A DNA stretch of 64,000 bases from Candidatus Saccharimonadota bacterium (GCA_026707815.1 JAPOWB010000009.1:6752-70751); one strand, 5' to 3'. Counted from the stretch's first letter, positions 10,609-22,159 are shown. A program made the numbers and translations. The notes: generated by a model not told the origin, from the letters alone.

Positions 10609-12696
10609 ATGTCTCAAGAATCTCATCTAGATCAAGTTAACAAGTTGCGTAATGTTGGTATTATTGCCCATATTGACGCTGGTAAAACAACGACCACAGA
10701 AGGAATTTTGTATCGTACTGGTAAAAAACATAAAATCGGAGCTGTCCATGAAGGTCAAGCTGAAATGGATTGGATGCAACAAGAAAAAGAGAGAGGTATT
10801 ACTATTACTTCAGCGGCGACTACTTGTTTTTGGCGAGATCATCACATCAATATCATTGATACTCCCGGACATATTGATTTCACAGCCGAAGTCGAAAGGT
10901 CTTTGCGAGTTCTAGATGGAGCAGTGGTAGTTTTCGACGGCAAGATGGGAGTTGAAGCCCAGACAGAAACTGTCTGGCGACAGGCTAATAAATATAAAGT
11001 ACCTCGAATTTGCTTTATTAATAAAATTAATCAAACTGGGGGAGATTTCCAAAGGAGTCTCAAAAGCATTCACGCTCAATTAAGTAAAAAAGCTTACCCG
11101 ATTCATTTGCCAATTGGCTTTGAACAGTCTGTAAAGGGTGTTATCGACTTGGTCGATTGGAAAGCCTATGTCTACGATAATTATGATGATAAGGAATTAA
11201 AAGAAGTCGAAGTCCCAGCTGATTTAGTTGATCAAGCTCAAGAACTCAGACACCAGCTGATTGAACATGCTGTGGCTGAAGATGATGAAATTTTAACCAA
11301 ATATCTTGAAGAGGGATTAGACAAGCTAACCTCAACAGATATTAAACAAGCCATCAGAACGGCAACTCTGAGTGGTGAATTTTATCCTGTTTCTGGAGGT
11401 GATGGTCGAGGGGTGATTGTCGAGAAATTACTTGATTTGGTCGTTGATTTTTTACCAGCCCCGACAGACACAGTTAATATTATTGGTCGACATCCCAAAA
11501 CGGCTAAAGAAGTTATTCGACCGACATCAATTGATCAACCTCTAACGGCTTTAGCTTTTAAAATTGCCACTGATCCCTTTGTTGGTAAACTCTGCTTTAT
11601 TCGAGTTTACGCTGGAGTTTTGAAGGCTGGCTCATATGTCTTAAATGCCACGACGGGTGATAAGCAAAGAGTCGGGCGATTAGTAAGAATGTTTGCTGAT
11701 AAAAGAGAAGATATTGACATGATTGAATCTGGAGACATCGGAGCAATTGTTGGTTTGAAAGATTCTTTTACTGGTCATACTCTGAGTGATCTTAATCAAC
11801 CAATCATCTTAGAATCAATTGATTTTGCTGAACCACCAGTTAGCATTGCTATTGAACCAGCTACTAAAGCGGATCAAGAGAAAATGAGTTTAGCTTTACA
11901 AAGATTAGCTGAGGAAGATCCAACTTTCAGAATTTCAGTCGATGATGAAACTAACCAAACAATTATCAGTGGTATGGGTGAGCTTCATTTGGAAATTATT
12001 GTTGACAGAATGAAGCGAGAATTTAAAGTCGTGGCCAACATTGGCGAACCTCAAGTTGCTTATCGAGAAACAATTAAAAAAGCAGAAGTCACTGCTCAAG
12101 GCAAATATATTCGGCAATCAGGTGGTCGAGGTCAATATGGTGATGTCTGGCTAAAACTAGAAGCTCAATCACTTGGAGCTGGTTTTGAATTTGAAAATCG
12201 CATCAAAGGCGGAGCAATTCCTCAAGAATATATTCCAGCTGTTAAGAATGGTGTTTTAGAAGCCATGAATCGAGGGGTAGTAGCTGGTTATCCAATGGTT
12301 GATATTAAAGTCACTGTATATGATGGCAGTTATCACGATGTTGATTCCAGTGAACTAGCCTTTAAAATCGCTGCCTCAATTGCTTTTCAAGAAGCTGCTA
12401 AATTAGCTGAACCCATCTTATTAGAACCCATTATTAAATTAGAAGTTGTCACCCCAGAAGATTTTATGGGAGATGTCATTGGTGATATCAATGCCCGTCG
12501 AGGACGAATTGAGTCAATGGAAGATAAATTAGGCGTCAAGGTTATTATGGCTTTTGTGCCTTTAGCTTCAATGTTTGGTTATACTAACGATTTAAGGAGT
12601 TTGACTCAAGGTCGAGCTTCATCAACGATGGAAGTTCATAATTATCAGGAAGTTCCCAGCAGTATTGCTCTAGAAATTACCAGTAAAGCTCGATAG
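10609..12696 (+). CDS. fusA: translation elongation factor G
   Basis: 695 aa with GTPase G1 motif [12 protein letters not shown] and DTPGHIDF. Confidence 0.97.
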   Translation: MSQESHLDQVNKLRNVGIIAHIDAGKTTTTEGILYRTGKKHKIGAVHEGQAEMDWMQQEKERGITITSAATTCFWRDHHINIIDTPGHIDFTAEVERSLRVLDGAVVVFDGKMGVEAQTETVWRQANKYKVPRICFINKINQTGGDFQRSLKSIHAQLSKKAYPIHLPIGFEQSVKGVIDLVDWKAYVYDNYDDKELKEVEVPADLVDQAQELRHQLIEHAVAEDDEILTKYLEEGLDKLTSTDIKQAIRTATLSGEFYPVSGGDGRGVIVEKLLDLVVDFLPAPTDTVNIIGRHPKTAKEVIRPTSIDQPLTALAFKIATDPFVGKLCFIRVYAGVLKAGSYVLNATTGDKQRVGRLVRMFADKREDIDMIESGDIGAIVGLKDSFTGHTLSDLNQPIILESIDFAEPPVSIAIEPATKADQEKMSLALQRLAEEDPTFRISVDDETNQTIISGMGELHLEIIVDRMKREFKVVANIGEPQVAYRETIKKAEVTAQGKYIRQSGGRGQYGDVWLKLEAQSLGAGFEFENRIKGGAIPQEYIPAVKNGVLEAMNRGVVAGYPMVDIKVTVYDGSYHDVDSSELAFKIAASIAFQEAAKLAEPILLEPIIKLEVVTPEDFMGDVIGDINARRGRIESMEDKLGVKVIMAFVPLASMFGYTNDLRSLTQGRASSTMEVHNYQEVPSSIALEITSKAR

Positions 12697-12697
12697 A

Positions 12698-12991
12698 TTA
12701 GATTGTTTCAAATTCTGAAGCTATTAGCCAAACTGTGAAGACTGTATGTAAAACAAGCCCAATGATGCTGAAAATCAGCCCCAGTTTAGCCAATTTCTTA
12801 TCTTTGACTTGATAATCTTGAGCATCTTTAAGGATAATAATAGATAAAGTAATGCCAATCACTGGGCTTATAATGCTGAAAATTAATGCTAAAACTGTCA
12901 AAATACTGGCTTTAGCTTGAATTGAATTTGCCGAAAGTGGAGACTGGGGAGATTCAATTTGCCTCTGATGTGAAACTGTTTGCTTATTCAT
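12698..12991 (-). CDS. small two-TM membrane protein (DUF4190-like), function unknown
   Basis: 97 aa with two hydrophobic helices. Its stop lies 1 nt from the fusA stop on the opposite strand. Confidence 0.6.
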   Translation of the reverse strand: MNKQTVSHQRQIESPQSPLSANSIQAKASILTVLALIFSIISPVIGITLSIIILKDAQDYQVKDKKLAKLGLIFSIIGLVLHTVFTVWLIASEFETI

Positions 12992-13031
12992 ATTTACAAG
13001 TATACTGCATAAAGATTGAAAATTGCCATTA

Positions 13032-13643
13032 TCAGTCAGTTTCTGGAAAAATCTGCTTTAGTCTCTCAGCAAAAACTTCGACACTGAATTTATAGATATT
13101 ATTTGCCCTTATTTCTTGATTTCTTAAATAAGAGCTGTCTATGGATTGCTTAGATAAATAGTATCTTAATTTCTGATTACCAAGACCATTTATTTTATCG
13201 TGTAAATTCTGGATTATCTCTTTTGGCAAGGGAAGTGTTGGGATTAGTTTTGAAGCTTCATAATCTGCCAAAATATCGAAGATCAGAATGGTGGCTGAAT
13301 GAATACCCTCAGCTAAGTTTTTATCGGGTTGTTTAATGTCAGTTTCTAATTTTTGTCGCTGTTTACGACAAGGATAATAGAGTAAATCTTGAGCATGTAA
13401 ATCCAGTAATGTTTGATGATAATTTCTTAAATCAGAAAACGATCGCCTATATATATTGGGGGCCATAAACTTAGACCAATTTCTAGATACAAGACCTAAG
13501 TTACCACTTCGATGACCAATAATCTCGGTCAGAATTAAAGCCATAGCCTCTCTCTTCTCTAAAGTTTTGGGATGATTCAAAAAATCTTCTAAGTCAAACT
13601 CTGGCTTGGGAGTTTCAAACTGAGGTTTTGGCGAAAATTCCAT
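13032..13643 (-). CDS. hypothetical protein
   Basis: 203-aa ORF with ATG start. No motif recognised. Confidence 0.6.
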   Translation of the reverse strand: MEFSPKPQFETPKPEFDLEDFLNHPKTLEKREAMALILTEIIGHRSGNLGLVSRNWSKFMAPNIYRRSFSDLRNYHQTLLDLHAQDLLYYPCRKQRQKLETDIKQPDKNLAEGIHSATILIFDILADYEASKLIPTLPLPKEIIQNLHDKINGLGNQKLRYYLSKQSIDSSYLRNQEIRANNIYKFSVEVFAERLKQIFPETD

Positions 13644-13881
13644 GATTAAAAATATTTGACATTTTATCTATATTATTATATCACTATTCTCTGATAATCT
13701 GTAGTAATTATGTAAGATTCGAAAAATTGAGTGCGATTAAATATTGTGAAATACCAATTAATATCATATACTTAAACAGGTACTTAATCTAAGGTGGTTT
13801 GGAAAGTCACACTGAAGTGACTTTTTCAGTCTTTGATTGAGAATTTTTTTAAAAATAATTTAAATATTACAAGGATTATAT

Positions 13882-15063
13882 ATGGCACAATTTGATAGGA
13901 ATAAACCTCACATTAATGTCGGAACTATGGGACATGTTGACCATGGTAAGACGAGCTTAACAGCAGCAATTACTTTAACTTTGTCTAAAAAACTGCCAAG
14001 TAATATTAATCAGCCTGTTAGCTATGATCAAATAGATAATGCTCCTGAAGAAAAGAAAAGAGGGATTACTATCGCTACTTCTCATCAGGAATATGAATCT
14101 GAAACTCGCCATTATGCTCATGTTGATATGCCTGGGCATGCCGATTATATTAAAAATATGATTACTGGAGCTGCTCAAATTGATGGAGCTATTTTAGTCG
14201 TCTCAGCTGCTGATGGTCCAATGCCTCAAACAAGAGAACATGTTTTGTTGGCCAAACAAGTTGGTGTACCATCTATTATTGTCTTTTTGAATAAAATGGA
14301 TTTGGCTGATCCTGAACTAGTGGAATTAGTTGAATCTGATATTCGTGATCTGTTGGCTAAATATGATTTTGACAAAGATTGTCCAATCATCAAAGGTTCT
14401 GCCACTAAGGCAATTGATGGTGATGAAGAGGCTATGCAAGCTATCATGGATTTAGTTAAATCTATGGATGAATATATTCCGGAGCCTGTTCGTGATCTGG
14501 ATAAGCCATTTTTGATGCCTGTCGAAGATGTTTTTTCTATAAAAGGTCGAGGCACTGTAGCCACTGGTCGAATTGAACAGGGTCAAATTAATTTGAATGA
14601 TGAAATTGAAATCGTTGGTATTAAAGCCACTAAAAAAACAGTTGTGACGGGTATTGAAATGTTTCAAAAGTCTTTAGATTCGGGTCAGGCTGGTGACAAT
14701 GCTGGTATCTTATTAAGAGGTATTGAGCGAGATCAGATTGAACGAGGACAAGTTTTATGTAAGCCAAGCTCTATTAAAGCCCATACTCGCTTTGAAGCCG
14801 AAGTCTATGTTCTAACCGATAAAGAAGGTGGACGTCACACACCATTTTTCAAAGGTTATAAGCCTCAATTTTATTTCAGAACTACCGATGTAACAGGAAC
14901 AGTTGAATTGCCAGCTGACAAAGAAATGGTTATGCCTGGAGATACAATTACTTTTAAGGTGACATTAGGACAACCAATTGCCATTGAAAAAGAAGTCCGC
15001 TTCGCTATTCGTGAAGGTGGTCGGACTGTTGGAGCTGGAGTCGTCACTCAAGTGATTGAGTAA
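13882..15063 (+). CDS. tuf: translation elongation factor Tu
   Basis: 393 aa with [15 protein letters not shown] and DMPGHADY. A purine-rich AAGGA lies a few nt upstream. Confidence 0.98.
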   Translation: MAQFDRNKPHINVGTMGHVDHGKTSLTAAITLTLSKKLPSNINQPVSYDQIDNAPEEKKRGITIATSHQEYESETRHYAHVDMPGHADYIKNMITGAAQIDGAILVVSAADGPMPQTREHVLLAKQVGVPSIIVFLNKMDLADPELVELVESDIRDLLAKYDFDKDCPIIKGSATKAIDGDEEAMQAIMDLVKSMDEYIPEPVRDLDKPFLMPVEDVFSIKGRGTVATGRIEQGQINLNDEIEIVGIKATKKTVVTGIEMFQKSLDSGQAGDNAGILLRGIERDQIERGQVLCKPSSIKAHTRFEAEVYVLTDKEGGRHTPFFKGYKPQFYFRTTDVTGTVELPADKEMVMPGDTITFKVTLGQPIAIEKEVRFAIREGGRTVGAGVVTQVIE

Positions 15064-15332
15064 TCTTTTTGCTTGCAAAGATTCCAGAGATTCCGCTAAA
15101 ATCATAGCTTTTCATCTATAAAATAATTTCTTTTTGAGGATGAATCTGATAATATAAGAGTACTTCTTTTATAACAAGAGTTATTTAGATTCTAAATTTA
15201 GAGTTTTGTTTTTAAATTTAGAGAAGCAAATTAACCTAAGATATTAGTTTTTCTGATATTGGCGGTTGATTTTTGTATGCTTTAACCTCATAGAGAGAGA
15301 AGCCATTGAAAATCCATTAATGTATATATGTT

Positions 15333-15944
15333 ATGCTATTAACTTTTAAGCTTGGGATGATGTCTTTGATTAATGATCAAGGCTTGCTTTTACCAGTCAC
15401 TTTGCTAAAGGTTGAAGATAATTTTATTAGTCAAATCAAGACTCTCGATAAAGATGGTTATCAGGCTATTCAAATTTCTACTCGTCAGAGCCAGAAAGTC
15501 AACAAACCTCAGAGACAACATTTCAAAAAAGCTAAACTGAAAACTGGCTTTAAATTTGTTCGAGAACAAAGATTAAAACAAGATGCTAATTCAGATTACC
15601 AATTGGGTCAGAAATTAGATTTAAGCATGTTTGAATTGAATGATAAGGTTCATGTAACCAGTTTCTCAAAAGGTAAAGGTTTTGCCGGAACCGTTAAGAG
15701 ACATAATTTTGCTACCACAGGGCGAACTCATGGAGTTCGAGGGCGTCGAGAACCCGGTTCAATTGGCTCTGTTTGGCCTCAGAAAGTTACTAAAGGCAAG
15801 AAGATGGCTGGCAGAATGGGCAATAAACAGGTGACTGTTAAGAATCTGAGAGTTGCTCTCATTGATCAGAATCGTCAAATTATAGGGATTAAGGGAGCTA
15901 TACCTGGACCTCGTAAACGACTAGTAATTTTAAAGAAGGGCTAA
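15333..15944 (+). CDS. rplC: 50S ribosomal protein L3
   Basis: 203 aa with L3 blocks (KGKGFAGTVKRHNF). Followed by rplD. Confidence 0.9.
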   Translation: MLLTFKLGMMSLINDQGLLLPVTLLKVEDNFISQIKTLDKDGYQAIQISTRQSQKVNKPQRQHFKKAKLKTGFKFVREQRLKQDANSDYQLGQKLDLSMFELNDKVHVTSFSKGKGFAGTVKRHNFATTGRTHGVRGRREPGSIGSVWPQKVTKGKKMAGRMGNKQVTVKNLRVALIDQNRQIIGIKGAIPGPRKRLVILKKG

Positions 15945-15957
15945 AAAAGATAAGACG

Positions 15958-16608
15958 ATGACTTTACCTTATTACAGCTCAACCGGTCAAAAGCAAACCT
16001 CGACTTATAAAATTAAAGAACCCATTTTCAGCATAAAGAAGATTAATCATAACTTATTAAAACAAGTTTATGTAGCTCAATTAGCTAATCGACGGCTCAA
16101 TCTAGCCAAAACGAAAACTCGCCGAGAAGTCAGAGGTGGAGGTCGCAAACCCCATCGACAAAAAGGTCTAGGTTTAGCTCGAGCGGGTTCGATTCGTTCT
16201 CCACTAATGCGAGGCGGAGGCATTACTTTTGGACCAACAGGTTCAGAAAATTATACTCATAAAATCAACAAAAAGGTTAAATATATAGCTTTACTTCACG
16301 CTCTGAGTTTAAAAAAATCAAAAATGATAGTTGTTAAATCTTTGCCTGATGATGGTAAAACTGCTAAGTTACATCAACTGCTATATCAAAAACTGAAGTT
16401 AGATCGCAAAATTCTAATCATTGCTGATGATTTGTCAATAAAACTCAAAAGAGCCAGTCGCAATTTACCTGAAGTCGAACTCATCAGATTTGATCAATTA
16501 AACTTAGGGCAAGTTTTAGATTTTGACCAATTAGTTTGGTTGGATCAAGCCCTAGATAATCTAGCTGATAAATTACGTAAACAGGGAGCTTTAAGGACTG
16601 ATGCCTAG
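15958..16608 (+). CDS. rplD: 50S ribosomal protein L4
   Basis: 216 aa with GGGRKPHRQKGLGLARAGSIRSP. Confidence 0.92.
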   Translation: MTLPYYSSTGQKQTSTYKIKEPIFSIKKINHNLLKQVYVAQLANRRLNLAKTKTRREVRGGGRKPHRQKGLGLARAGSIRSPLMRGGGITFGPTGSENYTHKINKKVKYIALLHALSLKKSKMIVVKSLPDDGKTAKLHQLLYQKLKLDRKILIIADDLSIKLKRASRNLPEVELIRFDQLNLGQVLDFDQLVWLDQALDNLADKLRKQGALRTDA

Positions 16609-16924
16609 AAAAAATACCTTAATTCAACCACATCTGACTGAAAAAACTGCTAATTTAGCTCAAGCTCAGAATGTTTATGTTTTTAAATTAAGTCCTCAAT
16701 TAAATTGTTCAGAGATTAAAAAGCTTTTGGAAGCTGAATATAAGGTCAATATTATTAAACTACGGACTATGATTATTAAAGGTAAATCAGCTGCCAGTAT
16801 TCATCTAAAGGCTAGAAGTAGATCAGCTGGTGGCAAGAGATCAGACTTCAAGAAGGCTTATGCAACCTTAAAAGCCGGGCAGAGTATCCCAATTTTTGTT
16901 GATACTAAAAAGGACGATAAATAA
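16601..16924 (+). CDS. rplW: 50S ribosomal protein L23
   Basis: 107 aa, assigned by position between rplD and rplB. Overlaps rplD by 8 nt. Confidence 0.85.
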   Translation: MPRKNTLIQPHLTEKTANLAQAQNVYVFKLSPQLNCSEIKKLLEAEYKVNIIKLRTMIIKGKSAASIHLKARSRSAGGKRSDFKKAYATLKAGQSIPIFVDTKKDDK

Positions 16925-16948
16925 AATTTGAACAAGGATAATATAGTT

Positions 16949-17782
16949 ATGGCAATACGCAAAATGAAACCAACCACTCCTGGACAGCGAGGCATGACTT
17001 CACAAGATTTCAGTGAAATTACGACCAAGAAGCCCATCAAAAGTCTGCTCAAGCCCATGAAAAGGAGTTCTGGACGGAATCATCGAGGAGTGATTACTTC
17101 TCGTCGGCGGGGCGGGGGAGCTAAGCGTCATTATCGGCTGGTTAGTTTTAAGCTTCCTGAAAATTTTGAGGCTCAAGTCAAAGAAATTGAGTATGATCCT
17201 AATCGTTCAACTCGACTAGCTCGCCTAAAAACTTCTGAAGGATCTTATCATTATATTTTAGCTCCCAAAAATCTTCGTCAAGGTCAAACTGTCAAAGCTG
17301 GTTCATCAGCCGATATTGAAAATGGTCATCGTTTACCTTTGAGTAAAATCCCAATCGGCAGTTTAATCCATAATTTAGAACTCCGACCGGGCAGAGGTGG
17401 TCAAATTGTCAGATCAGCTGGACTCAGTGCTCAAATTACTGCTAAGGATGACAAGTATGCTCAAGTCAAATTACCCAGCGGAGAAATTAGGTTATTCAGG
17501 CTTGAAGCTCAAGCTTCTTTGGGAGTTTTAGGCAATGAACAGCATAAAAATATTAAACTGGGTAAAGCTGGTCGTAATCGTCATAAAGGTCGAAGACCAA
17601 AAGTCAGAGGGGTTGCCACCAATCCATCTGATCATCCTCACGGTGGGGGAGAAGGTAAGAGAAAAGGCTATAAAACTCCTGTTACTCCTTGGGGTCAACC
17701 GACTCTAGGTTATAAAACCCGCCCAAGACGCAAATCTAATCGCTTAATTGTTAGAAGCCGCCACCTTAATAAGAGGAAATAA
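16949..17782 (+). CDS. rplB: 50S ribosomal protein L2
   Basis: Start MAIRKMKPTTPGQRG at an internal ATG of ORF 16928..17782. Contains the HPHGGGEG motif. Confidence 0.95.
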   Translation: MAIRKMKPTTPGQRGMTSQDFSEITTKKPIKSLLKPMKRSSGRNHRGVITSRRRGGGAKRHYRLVSFKLPENFEAQVKEIEYDPNRSTRLARLKTSEGSYHYILAPKNLRQGQTVKAGSSADIENGHRLPLSKIPIGSLIHNLELRPGRGGQIVRSAGLSAQITAKDDKYAQVKLPSGEIRLFRLEAQASLGVLGNEQHKNIKLGKAGRNRHKGRRPKVRGVATNPSDHPHGGGEGKRKGYKTPVTPWGQPTLGYKTRPRRKSNRLIVRSRHLNKRK

Positions 17783-17794
17783 ATATAGATAGTT

Positions 17795-18064
17795 ATGAGT
17801 CGTAGCAGTAAAAAAGGTCCATTTATTGATCCTAAATTAGCCTTGAAAATCTCTAAATTACCCAAAGGAGATAGAACAGTCATTAAAACGTGGGCAAGAG
17901 CTTGTACAATTACCCCTGATTTCGTTGATTATACTATTGGTGTTCATAATGGACGGATTCACGTTCCAGTTTTCATTACTGAAAACATGGTTGGTCATAA
18001 ACTAGGTGAATTTGCTCCGACTCGCAAATTCAGACAACACGGAGGCAAGAAAGCTAAGAGGTAA
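17795..18064 (+). CDS. rpsS: 30S ribosomal protein S19
   Basis: 89 aa with SRSSKKGPF and [11 protein letters not shown]. Confidence 0.96.
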   Translation: MSRSSKKGPFIDPKLALKISKLPKGDRTVIKTWARACTITPDFVDYTIGVHNGRIHVPVFITENMVGHKLGEFAPTRKFRQHGGKKAKR

Positions 18065-18065
18065 G

Positions 18066-18497
18066 ATGCAATTTAGTCTAAAATTAAAAAACGTTCGACA
18101 CAGCCCCAGAAAGATGGCTGAAGTCACGAGGTTGATTAAATCACGGCAACTTGAGGATGCTCTGATTATTTTAGAACATACTCCTAAAAGAGCGGCTATA
18201 ACTTTGAGAAAACTGCTAGTCAATGCTCAAAATACTGCCAAAACAGTTCATAAATTAAAACCCGATAGTTTAGTTGTCCAAGAAATTTTTGCCAATAAAG
18301 GTCTAACTTTAAAACGCCGAAAATTAAGTCAAACTACTCTTAGAAATGGTCGGGGCGGACGGCGATATCCTCTGCCATTCAATCATCAATTCAGTCATGT
18401 TTTTTTAATCGTCAGCGGTCAAATTAAACCAGCTTCTAAACCAGCTAAGCCTAAGTCTGAAGTTAAGAGCAAAACTCAAAAGAAGGTCAAGGAATAA
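18066..18497 (+). CDS. rplV: 50S ribosomal protein L22 (Lys-rich C-terminal tail)
   Basis: Internal ATG at 18066, just after the rpsS stop. The L22 core is followed by a KPASKPAKPKSEVKSK tail. Confidence 0.9.
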   Translation: MQFSLKLKNVRHSPRKMAEVTRLIKSRQLEDALIILEHTPKRAAITLRKLLVNAQNTAKTVHKLKPDSLVVQEIFANKGLTLKRRKLSQTTLRNGRGGRRYPLPFNHQFSHVFLIVSGQIKPASKPAKPKSEVKSKTQKKVKE

Positions 18498-18499
18498 TT

Positions 18500-19135
18500 A
18501 TGGGACAGAAAGTTAATCCTATTAGTCTCAGATTGCAGATTCACAAGAATTGGCATAGCCAATGGTTTGCCAATAAAACAGCTTTTGCTGGTTTTTTGCA
18601 AAAAGATTTACAAGCTCGACAATATATTGAGCAAAAGCTTGGTATGAGGGGGGCAGTTAATAAAATAATTATTGAACGTCATTCTGGCAATACAATTAAT
18701 ATCACTATCTATACTGCTAGAGTGGGAGTTGTCATTGGTCGGAGTGGTTCCAATGTTCAAGAAATGAGTCTTCAGTTGTATAAACTTTATAAAATTCCTA
18801 TTAAGATTGGTGTTGAGGAAATTAAGCGTTTTGAATTGCACGCCAAATTGGTCGCCGAAAATATTGCTCAGCAGCTTGAAAGACGATTATCTTACAGGCG
18901 AACTATCAAGAATGCCGCTAATGCTACTATGAGAGCTGGAGCCTCTGGAATTCGCATTGAAGTTGCTGGTCGAATTGCCGGCCAGAGAATGTCTCGTCGA
19001 GATAGGGAAATTCAAGGCTCAGTACCCTTGCATAAATTAAGAGCAGATATTGATTATGGTGTCGCCCGAGCAAGATTTCCCAATGCCGGTATCATTGGTA
19101 TCAAAGTCTGGATTAATAAGGGGGAGAAATTCTGA
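18500..19135 (+). CDS. rpsC: 30S ribosomal protein S3
   Basis: Starts [12 protein letters not shown] and contains a KH domain. Confidence 0.96.
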   Translation: MGQKVNPISLRLQIHKNWHSQWFANKTAFAGFLQKDLQARQYIEQKLGMRGAVNKIIIERHSGNTINITIYTARVGVVIGRSGSNVQEMSLQLYKLYKIPIKIGVEEIKRFELHAKLVAENIAQQLERRLSYRRTIKNAANATMRAGASGIRIEVAGRIAGQRMSRRDREIQGSVPLHKLRADIDYGVARARFPNAGIIGIKVWINKGEKF

Positions 19136-19548
19136 TGTTGATTCCCAAAAAAATGAAATTCCGCAAAGCTTTTAAGGGTCGAATTCATGGTCAAGCTCAC
19201 AAAGGCAATAAGATTGCTTATGGTGCTTACGGTTTGCAAAGTCTATCTGCTAATAGAGTAACCTCAAGACAAATTGAAGCTGCTCGACAAGCTATGACCC
19301 GTAAGATTAAAAGGCATGGTCGGGTTTGGATTCGGATTTTCCCGCATCTACCAGTCACTCGTAAACCACATGATGTTAGAATGGGTCGGGGAAAGGGCAA
19401 TCCCGAATTTTATGTTGCTCGAGTCAGACCTGGAACAGTGATGTTTGAAATGGCTGGAGTTGACCAAGATCTAGCTCAAGAAGCTATGCGTTTGGCGGCT
19501 CACAAACTCCCAGTTAAAACTAAGTTTATTATTAAGCAAGAAATTTAA
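19135..19548 (+). CDS. rplP: 50S ribosomal protein L16
   Basis: Starts [16 protein letters not shown]. Confidence 0.96.
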   Translation: MLIPKKMKFRKAFKGRIHGQAHKGNKIAYGAYGLQSLSANRVTSRQIEAARQAMTRKIKRHGRVWIRIFPHLPVTRKPHDVRMGRGKGNPEFYVARVRPGTVMFEMAGVDQDLAQEAMRLAAHKLPVKTKFIIKQEI

Positions 19549-19553
19549 GGAAT

Positions 19554-19790
19554 ATGGCACAAACTAAATTAAAAAAATCAGCTTCTAAATCTAAAATTGA
19601 TTCAAATCTTCAGGTTGATGATTTGAAACGGCAACTAGTTCAGAGTTATCAGCAATTAAGACAGGGAACTCATCAAAATATTCGTCTACCAAAAATTCTG
19701 AGAAAGAAGATTGCCCGGACTTTGACTCAAATGAATCAGACTAAACATCAAAAGCAAGATAAGACTGAAAAAGGAGTAAAAAATGTCTAA
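19554..19790 (+). CDS. rpmC: 50S ribosomal protein L29
   Basis: 78 aa, assigned by its position between rplP and rpsQ. Confidence 0.8.
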   Translation: MAQTKLKKSASKSKIDSNLQVDDLKRQLVQSYQQLRQGTHQNIRLPKILRKKIARTLTQMNQTKHQKQDKTEKGVKNV

Positions 19791-20160
19791 TTTTAAAACT
19801 GGTAAAGTTATTCAAACTGTCAATCAGAAAACAATTACTGTTTTGGTTATAAATTATAAAAATCATCCCCTTTATCGAAAACGTTATATCGCTAGCAAGA
19901 AATACTTAGTGCATGATCCTGATAATAAGGCTAAATTGGAGGATATGGTTAGCATTAAGCAATCTCGTCCAATTAGTAAACGCAAAACTTGGGTGTTAGA
20001 TAAAATTATCAATCAATCAGATTCAAAGATTAATCCTCAATCCAAGGCTAACACTGATAAAGTGACGAAGGCTTCCGAAAAGTCTGAATTAAAATCCACT
20101 AAACCCAAAACCCAAATATCCAAACCGAAAACAACTCCCAAAAAAGAGGCAGCAAAATGA
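19783..20160 (+). CDS. rpsQ: 30S ribosomal protein S17 (Lys-rich C-terminal tail)
   Basis: S17 core ([10 protein letters not shown]...) followed by a ~40-aa K/S/T tail. Confidence 0.87.
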   Translation: MSNFKTGKVIQTVNQKTITVLVINYKNHPLYRKRYIASKKYLVHDPDNKAKLEDMVSIKQSRPISKRKTWVLDKIINQSDSKINPQSKANTDKVTKASEKSELKSTKPKTQISKPKTTPKKEAAK

Positions 20161-20525
20161 TTCAACAAGAAAGTCGTCTGAAAATCTGTGATAATTCGGG
20201 AGCTAAAGAAATTCTCTGTATTCGAGTTTTGGGTGGCAGTCGACGACGCTATGCTAGAGTTGGTGATGTGATTGTCGGAAGTGTCAAACAGGCATCTCCA
20301 ACAGGTCAAGTTCCCAAAAAACAAGTTGTCCGAGCTGTCGTCGTTCGAACTAAAACCAAAATCAAGAGATCTGATGGTAGTACTTTAGCTTTCAGCGATA
20401 ATGCAGCTGTTATTATTAATGAGAAAAAAGAAATGCGAGGAACGAGAATTTTTGGACCAATTCCTCATGAACTCAGAACATTAGGGTATAATAAAATAGT
20501 TAGTTTAGCTTCCGAGGTATTATAG
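20157..20525 (+). CDS. rplN: 50S ribosomal protein L14
   Basis: Starts [18 protein letters not shown]. Confidence 0.96.
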   Translation: MIQQESRLKICDNSGAKEILCIRVLGGSRRRYARVGDVIVGSVKQASPTGQVPKKQVVRAVVVRTKTKIKRSDGSTLAFSDNAAVIINEKKEMRGTRIFGPIPHELRTLGYNKIVSLASEVL

Positions 20526-20876
20526 ATGCAAGTTAAAGTTTTTAAAATTAAGCTCAAAAAAGGTGACTTAGTCCAAGTTATTAGGGGTAAATTGAAAGGT
20601 CAGACCGGTCGAGTTTTAAGTCTTCATCCTAAAACTAATCAAGTTACAGTCGATGGAGTCAATTTAGTGACTAAACACTTCAAGCCTAATAAACAATATC
20701 CTCAAGGAGCTATTGACACTATTTTGAAGCCCTTAAATATCAGTCAAGTGGCTATAGTTGAACCACAATCTCAAAAACCTTCACGAATTGGTTGGCAGAT
20801 TAAAACTGATGGCTCCAAAGAGAGAATTTATCAAAAAACTAAAAAGAAAGTTGTTATTCAACAGGGTAAGAAATAA
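20526..20876 (+). CDS. rplX: 50S ribosomal protein L24
   Basis: KOW motif KKGDLVQVIRGKLKGQTGRV. Confidence 0.88.
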   Translation: MQVKVFKIKLKKGDLVQVIRGKLKGQTGRVLSLHPKTNQVTVDGVNLVTKHFKPNKQYPQGAIDTILKPLNISQVAIVEPQSQKPSRIGWQIKTDGSKERIYQKTKKKVVIQQGKK

Positions 20877-21472
20877 TGAGAACTCAAACTTATCAACCAA
20901 CTTTAAAGCAAGAATATTTTCAGAAGATTCGTTCTCAGTTAAAAAAAGATCTTCATCTAAAAAATATTCACCAAGCTCCTTATTTAGAAAAAATTATTCT
21001 CAACAGCGGGTTGGGGCGAGCTAAAACAGATAAACAACTGTTTGCTACGGCTGAAAATACTTTAACCAAAATAAGTGGGCAAAAACCTATTCTAACGATT
21101 GCTAGAATGTCGGTAGCCAGCTTCAAATTGCGAACCGGCAATCAAATTGGAGCCATGTTAACCCTCCGAGATATTCGCATGTATGAATTCTTGGAAAGAT
21201 TAATCCATTTCACTATGCCAAGGTTCAGAGATTTTCGAGGAGCAAGTTTAAAATCTTTTGATCGAAGTGGTAATTATTCTTTGGGTTTTAGGGAACAATC
21301 AGTATTTCCAGAACTATCCTTTGAAGAAACTAACCCATCCCATGGGTTGCAAGCAACTTTAGTTTTTAGCACCAACAACACTGAACACAATAAAGCTCTT
21401 TTAGAAGCTTTTGGCTTTCAGTTTGAAAATAAAGTGTCATCAGCTAAAAATCAGGAGGAATCCCATGGCTAA
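20876..21472 (+). CDS. rplE: 50S ribosomal protein L5
   Basis: 198 aa with L5 blocks ([18 protein letters not shown]). Confidence 0.95.
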   Translation: MRTQTYQPTLKQEYFQKIRSQLKKDLHLKNIHQAPYLEKIILNSGLGRAKTDKQLFATAENTLTKISGQKPILTIARMSVASFKLRTGNQIGAMLTLRDIRMYEFLERLIHFTMPRFRDFRGASLKSFDRSGNYSLGFREQSVFPELSFEETNPSHGLQATLVFSTNNTEHNKALLEAFGFQFENKVSSAKNQEESHG

Positions 21473-21734
21473 AAAATCAATCATTGCTCGAGATCTAAAG
21501 AAGGCTAAGATGATTAATAAATATCAAAAAAGGCGACTCCAGCTTAAGGCAGATGGTCAATTTGATAAATTGCATTTACTACCGCGTAATTCCAGTCCTT
21601 GTCGACGCAAGAATCGGTGTGTCATCTCTGGTCGTCCACGTAGTTATATGCGTCAATTTGGAGTGAGTCGGATTGTCTTTCGAGAACAGGCTAGTTTAGG
21701 CAATATTCCAGGTATAGTAAAAGCAAGTTGGTAG
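21465..21734 (+). CDS. rpsN: 30S ribosomal protein S14 (long form)
   Basis: Internal ATG at 21465 preceded by AGGAGG at 21453-21458. Starts [10 protein letters not shown] and ends ...GIVKASW. Confidence 0.9.
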   Translation: MAKKSIIARDLKKAKMINKYQKRRLQLKADGQFDKLHLLPRNSSPCRRKNRCVISGRPRSYMRQFGVSRIVFREQASLGNIPGIVKASW

Positions 21735-21750
21735 AGGGGGAGTTTTAAAA

Positions 21751-22149
21751 ATGTATTCAACTGATCCAATCGCCGATATGCTGACTAGAATTCGCAATGC
21801 TTTAATGAAAAACCAGCCGAGAGCGGTTATTCCTTATAGTCAAATCAAGGAAAAAATTGCTCAAATTTTAGTCAAACATCAATTCGTAGCTGGCTTAAAA
21901 ATTAATGGTCAGCTCAAGGATAAAGTCATCACTATCACTTTAATAAATGACAAATTACCCATCAATCCGATTAATGAAATCAAGCGACTCAGTAAGCCTA
22001 GCCGACGATATTATGTTGATTGTCAGAATATTCCAACCATCAGAAATGGTCGAGGCATAGTTATAATTTCTACTGATAAAGGCTTGATGACTGGTCGACA
22101 GGCTAGGCGAAGTAAATTAGGTGGAGAAGTTATTTGTTCAATTTATTAA
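21751..22149 (+). CDS. rpsH: 30S ribosomal protein S8
   Basis: DPIADMLTRIRNA motif. Confidence 0.96.
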   Translation: MYSTDPIADMLTRIRNALMKNQPRAVIPYSQIKEKIAQILVKHQFVAGLKINGQLKDKVITITLINDKLPINPINEIKRLSKPSRRYYVDCQNIPTIRNGRGIVIISTDKGLMTGRQARRSKLGGEVICSIY

Positions 22150-22159
22150 TGTTAAAATT

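Noticed and set aside
10652-21024. Same-strand alternative-frame ORFs 10652-10915 (inside fusA) and 20758-21024 (spanning rplX/rplE).
   Set aside because: They are out of frame with conserved genes and have no independent support.
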